From positions 1-56,526 of IMG/VR virus record IMGVR_UViG_3300040806_002135: a DNA stretch of 56,526 nt, one strand, 5' to 3'. Source of the stretch: a virus (taxonomy: Duplodnaviria > Caudoviricetes). Every line of letters starts with the position of its first letter. The stretch's first letter is position 1. The position numbers and the translations under genes are program-made. Below are positions 24,901 through 32,241 of the stretch, piece by piece. The notes beneath the pieces were generated by a model that was not told the DNA's origin, searched no databases, and worked only from the letters and a program-made list of their open reading frames with translations.

Positions 24901-26619
24901 GCTGGTTTCTGTGGGCACAGGGTAGTTGTACTGCTCCTGCTGCCCGATCTGGCTAGGAGTTGGAGCCGTTGGTTCCACAGGCTGATCCATAGGACCAGCA
25001 GGCATTTCGATTGCCGAATCCCGCATGGTGAATTCGGGCTGTGGATCTGGTTCGGGGGCAGGCCGTTCGGGGGCAGTAGGTAGGCGGGAGTCAAATCCGC
25101 CTTCCTTCATTGTAAAGTCTACATCTTCTCCAGGTTGCTTCTGACGGCCAAACCTGAACGTTGGATCTGTAATCTCTTCGCCGTCTTGCCATAATCCAGA
25201 CTTTGGAATTCGGAACGCTTCGGCTTCTCTTTCCCCTGGAAGTTTGTCGTCTGCGATTTGTTTCCGTTGTGTGTCTGCTGTCGGAGCCGTTCTTTCAGAA
25301 GTGGCAGTAGTCGAGGTTCCAGAGGAAGCAGCAGGCGTCGCTTCATTCTTGGCTCTGGCCATCTCGTTGGTGGTCTTAAAGCGTTCTCGGATGGCTTGGG
25401 CCTCCAGTTTCATCAACTGCAGGGCATCCTTTTCACGTTGGACTTGTTCCTTGCGTTGTCGGGCTTGTTCCTCTGCTTGAGATTTCTGTATTCGTTCGGC
25501 TTCTTCCAGAGCAGCCTGTTGTTGGGCAGCCGCAAGAGTCTCTTGTCGCTGTGCCTCCAACGCATCGTTGGCGCTGACGGCGTTATACGCAGCATCTTGT
25601 GTCCTGCGTCTGAGGTCGGTGGCCACCGGATCAACACGGGAGTCTGCGGCCGCCAGTGCACCCTCGGCCACCGTAGGAACTGCTTCTGAAATTAATCCCA
25701 CCAGCATGGAGTTTCGGGCTTCTGGAGTGCTGAAGCGTCCGGTGAATTGTTCCATCGGGTTGCCGGTGGCGGTTTCACTGACTTCGTACTGTCGGCCTTC
25801 CTGCAATGCTCCTGATCCAGCCTGCAACCCCCCGATGGTTCCGTATCGTGCGGCTCTTCCTGCGTTCGGGAGTAGCCCCTTGGCGATGGCTCCAGAGGCT
25901 CCTTGGACTCCAGCAAGAGCAACCAGTTCGGGGTCCGTCAGGTTGGCAATGGCAACTTCATCGGCTTCCTTCTTGGCCTGTTTTGCAGCCTGATCTTCGG
26001 GCATCCCCTGCCGCATGTAGTACTGTTTGCGGTCACTGTAGGTACTGCCTCCTTCCAACGCTGCATTGGCTGCCAGCACACCAGCAAAACCACCAACGGC
26101 CCCAGGGACACCTCCGGTGGCTGCACCAATCAACGGTGGAACAATAGCAGGAGCAGATCCGATTGTTTCTTCCCCAGCCTGCAGAAGCAGATCATCAACT
26201 CTTCCCAAATATCCTTGTCTCTCCTGCTCCTCTGGCGAAGCGTAAGGCGCAGGAGATCGTTCCAGCAGTTGCCGGTTCCGTGCGGCCATGTCCTGGCCAA
26301 ATCCTTCCAGCCCTTCTGATCCCAGACTTCGTCCGAAATACTCTGCCATTGCGCCGACATTCATCCCAAACTTATCAGCCCCTCGCCCTGCTGCTGCCGG
26401 AACCCGCTCACTGAGGAATCCTCCCTCTTGAATGGGTTCTGGCCCCAGCAGGGACATGGTGACCTCGTATCTTGTGTCCTCATCTTCATTGGGAACTCCG
26501 ATACTGTCCATTTCCCGATTCAGCCGATCCCGCCTCCGTCGGTAGTCTTCCAGCACATTGCCGGTTTCGGGGACATAACTAAGTTTTCGTTCAAGATATT
26601 GTCGTGCTTGTGGAGTCAT
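18997..26619 (-). CDS. Giant virion-ejected polyvalent protein (zincin-like motifs, C-terminal LPD38-like domain)
   Basis: 2540 aa; HEFGH and HEALGH; C-terminal ENAVRL..Y, AKNLTVNFNRKG, LY.FFNAAVQG, N.DWTG.PI, PDQLDYLV; last gene of the structural operon. Confidence 0.85.
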   Translation of the reverse strand: MTPQARQYLERKLSYVPETGNVLEDYRRRRDRLNREMDSIGVPNEDEDTRYEVTMSLLGPEPIQEGGFLSERVPAAAGRGADKFGMNVGAMAEYFGRSLGSEGLEGFGQDMAARNRQLLERSPAPYASPEEQERQGYLGRVDDLLLQAGEETIGSAPAIVPPLIGAATGGVPGAVGGFAGVLAANAALEGGSTYSDRKQYYMRQGMPEDQAAKQAKKEADEVAIANLTDPELVALAGVQGASGAIAKGLLPNAGRAARYGTIGGLQAGSGALQEGRQYEVSETATGNPMEQFTGRFSTPEARNSMLVGLISEAVPTVAEGALAAADSRVDPVATDLRRRTQDAAYNAVSANDALEAQRQETLAAAQQQAALEEAERIQKSQAEEQARQRKEQVQREKDALQLMKLEAQAIRERFKTTNEMARAKNEATPAASSGTSTTATSERTAPTADTQRKQIADDKLPGEREAEAFRIPKSGLWQDGEEITDPTFRFGRQKQPGEDVDFTMKEGGFDSRLPTAPERPAPEPDPQPEFTMRDSAIEMPAGPMDQPVEPTAPTPSQIGQQEQYNYPVPTETSASTTEEGPAFQSPLEQETVAPETPVLPAINKEGKTNNGRVTDDTAGAIPKNIFAPPEAPTLVNRRDQPDLEPDAPFDENARPSGGTEEEIITNPQRVREKFEEIGYQDQKPVLDDGIDGLIQSRYSQALPNVFVFEGLTSWSAGHFNGGVGISGRSEFDSDKSRIGYLLAHEFGHASHSLLGDKINANSAVRNELKAIEEFLYPGLRQRVQEADTEGRNIDKQFFNYLLSAEELIAEINPYRLANPEQVQQIAPALSKLLASVEQAPNLVVPRKVFPRGIFYSKAQAIGKLDENLKLKADRQASVGQIYDQDNAAFEIARLLEGNLKKDYGYLPGDIPFEALQSGESQIDLTSPEGKIELATIYSNLGYSRDRQKLERAAQLMDEAFQTDPTKAELASNKSLKEKIDERLAELNQTEPVVEETAPLPERLPEETSSNLSSEFQAILDLERQQEEMGIEAEQAGAKHKALVEKGKKNGKFNKDNLTPEENAERKRLYDLRVAFNKLDNQVGEAYKPYQAEVDRLEQEVGNAVEALPLADRQRFNGLFRKEVNRQALNPDDEISQLRLAQQLLQQLREGGLATREEIANAKLETETVDTASLEEFASIYDEESGPSVEDLAALEAEGLSETAETDTQSELARLIADQGSDIEQDRGAAALRESGGTNEVGFDEGGLYDPNAQEFNIRDEEYTIDGNPRGLRFSYSATSRPTNAAGPSTKLTARQVKAAMEGVKSVLKKLDPNGDRVTVVANKAEAVAKLQEMGRDRDAAGLANREDSLEEGFTLTDTGNIVLIADQIQGKNLREAVDRMVEVTFHEALGHAGLRGLMGEKFNDFIKNFGIKNGKKVDAWLKTKDAQPYVNKDRNTQIEEYIAKNFAETGARDVGFLENLVQNVLSSLGLRQYSETALKKIMQQVQQEFVDGNGNIIEGAQRGTRDVEEEEGAEQTAEEKERFKTENLKEPPARISKKDYNSIVQRVLDDNKDLKPRLYDVEKAVKDVLRNVPSDRRATYLKEQTTDFVVGSGNKAKAKPEEYREIPIESGVSPREALVGRINQELRDRIEYGSARVRYSSRPTSNLIGGQVPLSNWTTPTESKIDDYLYTMQDKMIDTKRVVESIKEAVGNIDERWNPYLQEELYHGRTAKETKDFLTNELQPLMEDLQRFGVSIKDFDNYLWNRHAEERNIQMAKVNPDMPDKGSGRTTAEARDYLANLSPQKRRVFEQLAQRVDNITSQTRQILKDSSLESAETVDTWEDVYKKYVPLLREEFDFQPMQPGAGIGQGYDVRNPASRRAVGSERGVIDVLANVALQRERAITRSNKNKVAQAVYGLAAQNPNTDFWLVIDPAGQKDVRQLAQTLKNMGLPSDMAENFAKEPVTSSTDTRTGLKVSRINASIRNSDNYLSTRINGQDKFVIFNAKNPSSQRMVRSLKNLDADQLGRVMGILGNVTRWMTSVNTQYNPIFGVVNLIRDVQGALINLTSTPIGNKQRQVFAGTPLALKGIYAVLRKDTNRQNQYSQLWEEFQQEGGQTGYKDMFARSDERATALEKELKGLSAGKPMKTLNAIRDWLSDYNEAMENAVRLSAYKVAKEEGMSKQAAASLAKNLTVNFNRKGQIATQAGALYSFFNAAVQGTARMYETMKGPAGAKILKGGLLLGTAQALLLEAADFDEDEPPYFVREKNIILPLVGGGYLTIPMPLGLHIIPNTSRILTEFVLSGGRDTAKRVGQFTGSFLDAFNPIGNAGWSVQTIAPTVADPLVALSENRDWTGSPIAKEDMVSTRPTPGYTRAKDTASTLNTYLAYFLNAASGGTDYQKGLFSPTPDQLDYLVGQAFGGVGRELLKAEQTLSSAVTGEELPPYKIPLAGRFYGNTESSAATSNRFYTNITRLNEHEAEVNGRRANRENVAEYLREFPEARLAGFAGQVETAVRKLQKRKREMLKKNASRSSIEAIEKLITRRMQTLNDRVERFAQTAD

Positions 26620-26631
26620 TATTGGCCTTTA

Positions 26632-28932
26632 CTATTGAATCTTCGCTTGATTTGCCATTTCCTCCTCGTTCCTCCTTAGATCATCTATTCTGTTTTTAAG
26701 GATGTTATAATTTGGGATAATGTCCTCCAAGTAGATTTTGGTCAGTTTGCTCTTTGGATTTGCCAAGTCAGTTGCCTTGAATTCACCTTTAGTAAATCCA
26801 TCGGAAATTTTTGAAAGAGCGTCACGCAGGGCTACATAGTTATCTCGGATTCCTCTTCCATAAGCGACACGATCAAATTGTCTGAAACTATTGATCATAG
26901 TTCCGATAGATCTCATCCGTTCGTCAGCCATTTCCAATCTTTTATTGTAAGCATCCTGCTCTTCGGGAGTTAGTTTTTCAGAAGCTTGTGCTTCCATTTT
27001 TTCGTTTTGCCGTTTGACGGTGGTTGTCCCCTCAGAAACCTTTTTTGCGGTTTCATCCATTGGGGTAGTCAATCCGATTTTTTCAAGAAATCCTGTGTCT
27101 TCTGGAGGATTGTCCGTGTTCCGTACATCCTGCTTGGCAAGTTGCTTGAGAGTAGCCTGATCCTTAATGGTGTCCTTGCGGAAATCCTTAAAGAAAGGAG
27201 CGGCTTCGGCTTGTAGTTGTTGCAATTGTCCTTGCAATTCCTGTTTTTTGACAGGATCTGTTTCTGCAAAAAGTCTTGTCAGAAGGGTATTGTATTGAGA
27301 AGCGTATTGTTGGACTTTCCTTGACTCCTCGTTATTGGGAAAGGCTTCGGCAAGTTCTAATGCTTCAACAATTTCTCCTTCGGATAAAGTGGGTCCTCCT
27401 TTTGGAATGAATCCACTTCCTCCTGCTTCGGGGGGATTTCCTGCGTTGTTTCCACTTCTCAGATCATCATAATTCGGTATGGGAACCGTACCGGCTCTGG
27501 GACCATAGGTTTCATCTGCCATTTCTCTGGCAAGCTTGAGTGCATTCTGAGTTTGCAACTCATCAGCAAAGCCAACATCTGGAGTCAAGGTATCCAGAAA
27601 GTCTTTGAATCCGTCTTGCCATCGTTGAATTCGTTTAGCTTCCTTTTCCTCTGGAGTCAGATCTTTGAGTTTATCGGCGTATGCTAGTTCCTTTTTCTTC
27701 AATTCGGATTGCAGGTTGGCTAAGGCTATGGCCTTGCCTGTGTCCAATCCCATGCTTTCCCGAAGGTAATCTATTTTCCTTCTTTGTTCGTCATCCCCAA
27801 TTTGATTGCTCCTTTTCACAACGAGGGGAGTCAGTCTATCGTACTTGTTAACATCAATGTCAGCAGCATCCTGTCCACGCTGTTGCAACGCTTTTGTGGT
27901 GACCCCTTCCTGTTGTTGAAATCGGTTTATAAACCCAGGAGTCAGTCTATCGTACTTGTTAACATCAATGTCAGCAGCATCCTGTCCACGCTGTTTCTGT
28001 TCGGTTGTGTCAATCCCTGCTCTTTTCCCATAACTTTCGTCTTGAATGTCCGCCTGACCTTGAGCCAACTCCAATTTTGGCTCAATGGAATCTCGCAAAA
28101 ATTCAAGTTGAGCAATATTTTCTACGCCAAGTTTTTGTCTTAGCCTTTCAATAACATAGGAAGTTTGATCTCCAAAAATTTTGTTATCAATTCTTCCTTT
28201 ATTTAACTGGGCCTCTCCTTCCACAGTTCGTATCAGTTTTTGCAAATCTTCATTGCCAAGTGTTTGGAACAAAGAATCAATTTCGGCTTTTGTTTTAGCG
28301 TTTTGAAGCTTTCCAACAAAATCTAAGTTAGTTTGGGCTGTATCAATTCCTCTCTGTTTCAGAGCATCCGTCAAAAAGCCCATCTCTGCCTGCTTGTCTT
28401 TCAAAGCATACGCTTCCTTCGTAGACTCAGGGCTCACACTGGCAGGTTGAAAGTATCCGATGGGTTCATCGTCAAAGGCTGTCCCAGGCTCTCCAATAAA
28501 AGGAACGCCGGTTCTAGGGTTGATTAGCTTTTTGGCATAGGTTCCCGTTCGATCTGGAAGATCCAAGACAGATTCATCACGGCCCATGTTGAGGAATCCT
28601 GTTTTGTTGAATTCCTGTTTCATGTTTGCGTAATCTTGGTCCAGCAAGTTAATCTGGCCTTGAACGTTTTTGTAATCATCCGTTCTTGGATCAGCAGTAT
28701 TTCTTAGGTTGACCAACTGATCCCGCTGGGTCTTATACCTCTCCTCAAAATCCTTGAGTTGCTGATTCCCCTGGTCCACATTGTACTTGGCCAGCCTACC
28801 GATGACACTTCCCAGGTTCTGGTACTGTTCCCGTTCTCTACGGTTCCGCTCTTCCAACCCAGCCCGTTGGGCGTCAAACATGTTCTGATACAGTTGTTGG
28901 GGAAGAAACCCTGCGTTGTAATTGATTGCCAT
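26632..28932 (-). CDS. Internal virion / ejection protein
   Basis: 766 aa helical, Cys-free, between other ejection-type genes. Confidence 0.7.
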   Translation of the reverse strand: MAINYNAGFLPQQLYQNMFDAQRAGLEERNRREREQYQNLGSVIGRLAKYNVDQGNQQLKDFEERYKTQRDQLVNLRNTADPRTDDYKNVQGQINLLDQDYANMKQEFNKTGFLNMGRDESVLDLPDRTGTYAKKLINPRTGVPFIGEPGTAFDDEPIGYFQPASVSPESTKEAYALKDKQAEMGFLTDALKQRGIDTAQTNLDFVGKLQNAKTKAEIDSLFQTLGNEDLQKLIRTVEGEAQLNKGRIDNKIFGDQTSYVIERLRQKLGVENIAQLEFLRDSIEPKLELAQGQADIQDESYGKRAGIDTTEQKQRGQDAADIDVNKYDRLTPGFINRFQQQEGVTTKALQQRGQDAADIDVNKYDRLTPLVVKRSNQIGDDEQRRKIDYLRESMGLDTGKAIALANLQSELKKKELAYADKLKDLTPEEKEAKRIQRWQDGFKDFLDTLTPDVGFADELQTQNALKLAREMADETYGPRAGTVPIPNYDDLRSGNNAGNPPEAGGSGFIPKGGPTLSEGEIVEALELAEAFPNNEESRKVQQYASQYNTLLTRLFAETDPVKKQELQGQLQQLQAEAAPFFKDFRKDTIKDQATLKQLAKQDVRNTDNPPEDTGFLEKIGLTTPMDETAKKVSEGTTTVKRQNEKMEAQASEKLTPEEQDAYNKRLEMADERMRSIGTMINSFRQFDRVAYGRGIRDNYVALRDALSKISDGFTKGEFKATDLANPKSKLTKIYLEDIIPNYNILKNRIDDLRRNEEEMANQAKIQ
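27827..27995. repeat. 58-bp perfect direct repeat (111-bp period) inside a CDS
   Basis: 27827-27884 identical to 27938-27995, encodes QRGQDAADIDVNKYDRLTP. Confidence 0.9.
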
Positions 28933-28934
28933 TC

Positions 28935-30950
28935 TTATGCTCCTGGTGATCCGAACAAGCTGACACTATTTGGCATCACTGCATCTGCCAGTGATGTAAA
29001 TTGTTGGAATCCTGTGGGCCGATTGTAGTTGGCCATATTGCCTTGGAAGTTCATTCCGGCGGCAGCCAGCCTTGCCTGATCCATCGTGTTGGACCGGGCA
29101 ACGTAGTCCTGCAGTTGTCGGTCATACATGCCTGCCATGAAACCAGCGTTGTTCAATCCCATGCCGGACATGTTATTGATCATAGCCCCTTGGTTGTTCA
29201 GCAGGTTCCCTTGGTTCATGACCATGTTGGCCTGTTGTCCGTAATTCTGTCCCATCTGGTTGAGAGCCCCCAGTTGCTGGTTGTACCCCTGCATCTGATT
29301 GCCAAGCATGTTGGCCCTCATTCCCTGTCCTGCCAGTGTGTTGTTGAGGAATCCGGCCTGTTGCCCCAACAGATTGCTCTGTGCCCCCAAGTTCTGGCCT
29401 CGCTGACCTAAAAATCCAGCTTGGGCTTGAAGATCGTTGAGGCCACTGTTGTTGAGGTTCCCCTGCTGGGAAAGCAGGTTTCCGATCTGACCCTGTGCCC
29501 CCAGTTGCTGACCTACCTGTCCAGCCTCGGCACTCAGCGCATTGAGGCGGTTGCCGATCATGTTGGATTGATTGTTGATCAGATTTGCTCGGTTGTTGAC
29601 CATGCCGGATTGCAGACCCGCCTGCTGTGCGGTCAGTCCGGCGGCTTGGGCTGCAGAAGATCCAGCCTGCCCCATCAGGTTGGCCTGTTGTCCCAGCAAT
29701 CCAGCCTCCTGTCCGGCTAGATTGGCCTGCATTCCCAGCGCATTCCCACGTTGGTTCAGCAGGTTTGCTTCCTGCCCAACGCCTGCCTGTGTGGCCTGAT
29801 TCAACCCCGAACGTTGGGACAGGAATCCACCCTGTTGCCCCATCATTCCCTGTCGATTCTGGATACTCTGGTTGGCTGCCGTCAGTTGGTCCTGCCGTGC
29901 TGCTTCAGCCGCCGCTGTCTTTCTGTCTCCAGCGGCTCCAGCCAGCATTCGCTGGGCATCCCGTGCGTCTCCGCCAGCCTGTGCAATGGCCCGACGTTGG
30001 GCGGCTTCTGCTCCACGTTCCTGTCCCTTACGAGCCTGCTCGGCCAGTCCAGCGTACATTCCCTGGTCTTGGGTCAGGGCGGCAATGTCTCCAGCCTGTC
30101 CTTGCAGTCCTGCTGCATCGGAAATCATCCCCTCCTGCCCTTGGCGCAGCCGCTGGGATACCTCTCGGAGGGCATTGGTATCAGAGTACTGATCTGCAGC
30201 CTGTCCTCTCAGGGAACCCAAGTCGGATCGCAGTTTCTGGGCATCAGACGCCAATCCGGCAACATTCTGTCCTGTCTGACGAACGGTTCCAATGTCACCA
30301 CTCAGATTGGTGTTGATCCCTTGGAGATCCTGATCCAATCCTCCCAGCTTTGCTCCCATCCCACGATACTCGTTGCCTGCCTGTTGCATCCGATTGCCAA
30401 TGTTCCCTGACATGTCCGACAAACTGTTGATGCGCCCTTCCAGACCACCCATCCGGCCCATGATGTTCCCACGGTTTTGCCCAATGGCATTCACTCCTTG
30501 ACCCAGTTGACCCAGTGCTTGGTTCAACCCTTGGTATCCTCCGGCCAGTGCTGCCGACTGCTGTCCCAGCCCACCGAATCCTCCGATGGTCCCCTGCATG
30601 TCATTACTGATATCGCCGTAGGCGTTGATTCCTCCGGCAATGTTGCCCATCTGCTCACCGATCTGAGCATTGAGGCCCCCGAAGTTTGCCCCCAGATTGT
30701 TCAGTTGCCCACGCAGTGGGCTATAGCCACCTTGCAAGCCCTGCATTTGTCCAATAAATCCCTGCTGCTGCTGATTTGTCGTATCTCCCAAGGATTGATA
30801 CTGCTGCAGCATTCGGTCACGGTTCCCTCGCAACTGGTCGTATTCCTGTTGATTGAATCCTAACTGTGCTGCTGACATGGAAGGAGCCTGACGGTCCCAT
30901 CCCATGAATCCGTGAAAGGCGTCTTGAACTCCGCTGACAACTCCACCCAT
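28935..30950 (-). CDS. Q/G/N/A-rich internal virion (DNA pilot/ejection) protein
   Basis: MGG start, long heptad runs such as QQAGFLN and QEANLLN, position after the gp13-like gene. Confidence 0.75.
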   Translation of the reverse strand: MGGVVSGVQDAFHGFMGWDRQAPSMSAAQLGFNQQEYDQLRGNRDRMLQQYQSLGDTTNQQQQGFIGQMQGLQGGYSPLRGQLNNLGANFGGLNAQIGEQMGNIAGGINAYGDISNDMQGTIGGFGGLGQQSAALAGGYQGLNQALGQLGQGVNAIGQNRGNIMGRMGGLEGRINSLSDMSGNIGNRMQQAGNEYRGMGAKLGGLDQDLQGINTNLSGDIGTVRQTGQNVAGLASDAQKLRSDLGSLRGQAADQYSDTNALREVSQRLRQGQEGMISDAAGLQGQAGDIAALTQDQGMYAGLAEQARKGQERGAEAAQRRAIAQAGGDARDAQRMLAGAAGDRKTAAAEAARQDQLTAANQSIQNRQGMMGQQGGFLSQRSGLNQATQAGVGQEANLLNQRGNALGMQANLAGQEAGLLGQQANLMGQAGSSAAQAAGLTAQQAGLQSGMVNNRANLINNQSNMIGNRLNALSAEAGQVGQQLGAQGQIGNLLSQQGNLNNSGLNDLQAQAGFLGQRGQNLGAQSNLLGQQAGFLNNTLAGQGMRANMLGNQMQGYNQQLGALNQMGQNYGQQANMVMNQGNLLNNQGAMINNMSGMGLNNAGFMAGMYDRQLQDYVARSNTMDQARLAAAGMNFQGNMANYNRPTGFQQFTSLADAVMPNSVSLFGSPGA

Positions 30951-30951
30951 A

Positions 30952-31305
30952 TTATAACTCCTTGCTAAGTACGACTTGTTTTCGCTGTTTGTAATCTTTT
31001 AGGACTCTGGACCACCCTGGTCTTGCCGTCATGGTTGCTCGGATGCAGCCGACGTGTCTTGCCCAGTCTTCAATCTCAGGTTTCATAAGTTCATTTATTT
31101 CGTTTAGGTTCCCTCCGGCAAAGAGCCAGACCAGATGTCTTCCATTCCCCACATCCACCACGTTGGTCACAAGTGCGGACTGTTCTCCACGCCAAAGCTG
31201 AAACTGCCCCTGTTTGATCTTTGTCAACACCCACTCCACGGTTGTGTCTCTTTCGCGTTCAATCGCTGGCCTCAAGAGGCGGACACTGTCTGCCAGTCCA
31301 ATCAT
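30952..31305 (-). CDS. GNAT-like virion assembly protein (T7 gp13/P22 gp14-like position)
   Basis: QLW, L.WLFAGG.L, E.WA...GC, RPGW.RVL, K.L pattern. Confidence 0.75.
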   Translation of the reverse strand: MIGLADSVRLLRPAIERERDTTVEWVLTKIKQGQFQLWRGEQSALVTNVVDVGNGRHLVWLFAGGNLNEINELMKPEIEDWARHVGCIRATMTARPGWSRVLKDYKQRKQVVLSKEL

Positions 31306-32084
31306 ACGGGTACGGGCTGCTCCGGTTGTTGAAGGTCGGTCAGGGTGATATCACTCTCCAAGAGTGCAATCTCGCCATCTCCATCGTACTGAATCCACTG
31401 GAGGGTATGACCTCGTCCTCCCGCTGGCAAGTAGTGCTTGCTGGTCTGGTATGCCGACTCATCCAAGGCAGCATCCAGATTGAACTGCGAGATCATCTCT
31501 CCATCCAAATAGATCTGGAGATCTACATACCCTTGGTAGGTCACCTGGATTTCGGAATGATCCCGCAGTCCTCGGTAGTACCGTAGAGGGAGAGCCACCG
31601 GAACCGCCCGATGGACCTGCCCAGCAGTCGTGGCAATGTTGACTTGTTCCAGATTTGGGATGTACCCCCAACGCAACGCTGGATAGTACACCCGTCGGGT
31701 GTCCTGCCGTCTACCATCTCTAGCCGTCAGGATGATGGTGTCACTGAGATTGTTTGCCCTTTGGGCCACCTCATCCATGTTGAGTTTGAGTTCCACCGAT
31801 TGGTCAAAGGTAACTTCCCAGTAATGATAGAGTTGTTGGGTGGCAAACTGTTCCACTGGCACGGTTTCCAGTTGGAATCGGGTGATGGCCGGATCGCTGA
31901 TGGTGATCTGGATGACGTATCCTACCAGCCCTGGAGGCAGGAGAACCCGACGGGTCTTGCGTTCCGCCTGTGTTGGCAGTGCCTGTTGATTCACCAACGT
32001 CTGCCCATCTACATGAACGCTATAGCTGGGTTGCCCCTTGTACTCGACTCGGAGGGCTTGGGCAATAACTCTGGGTTTAATCAT
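31302..32084 (-). CDS. Virion structural protein (beta-rich, internally repeated)
   Basis: Three similar V.Y.G...L.V..DG units, continuing the pattern at the end of the nozzle gene. Confidence 0.65.
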   Translation of the reverse strand: MIKPRVIAQALRVEYKGQPSYSVHVDGQTLVNQQALPTQAERKTRRVLLPPGLVGYVIQITISDPAITRFQLETVPVEQFATQQLYHYWEVTFDQSVELKLNMDEVAQRANNLSDTIILTARDGRRQDTRRVYYPALRWGYIPNLEQVNIATTAGQVHRAVPVALPLRYYRGLRDHSEIQVTYQGYVDLQIYLDGEMISQFNLDAALDESAYQTSKHYLPAGGRGHTLQWIQYDGDGEIALLESDITLTDLQQPEQPVPV

Positions 32085-32241
32085 TGGTCTGGGATTCCAA
32101 AAATTCGATGCGTGTCAGCAATTCATCCAACTGGGTCTGCAGATTCCGGTTGTTCTGGGTCAGTTGCCGCAGGGTTTCCCGCAATCGTTCATCCTCAATT
32201 TCCTGATACAGATCTGTCTCTGCCACCCGCAACTGGCTCAT
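32077..32241 (-). CDS. Small coiled-coil protein (54 aa, MSQLRVAETDLYQEIEDERLRETLRQL...)
   Basis: Translated by hand; overlaps both neighbours' start/stop codons; possible tail plug or needle. Confidence 0.7.
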   Translation of the reverse strand: MSQLRVAETDLYQEIEDERLRETLRQLTQNNRNLQTQLDELLTRIEFLESQTND

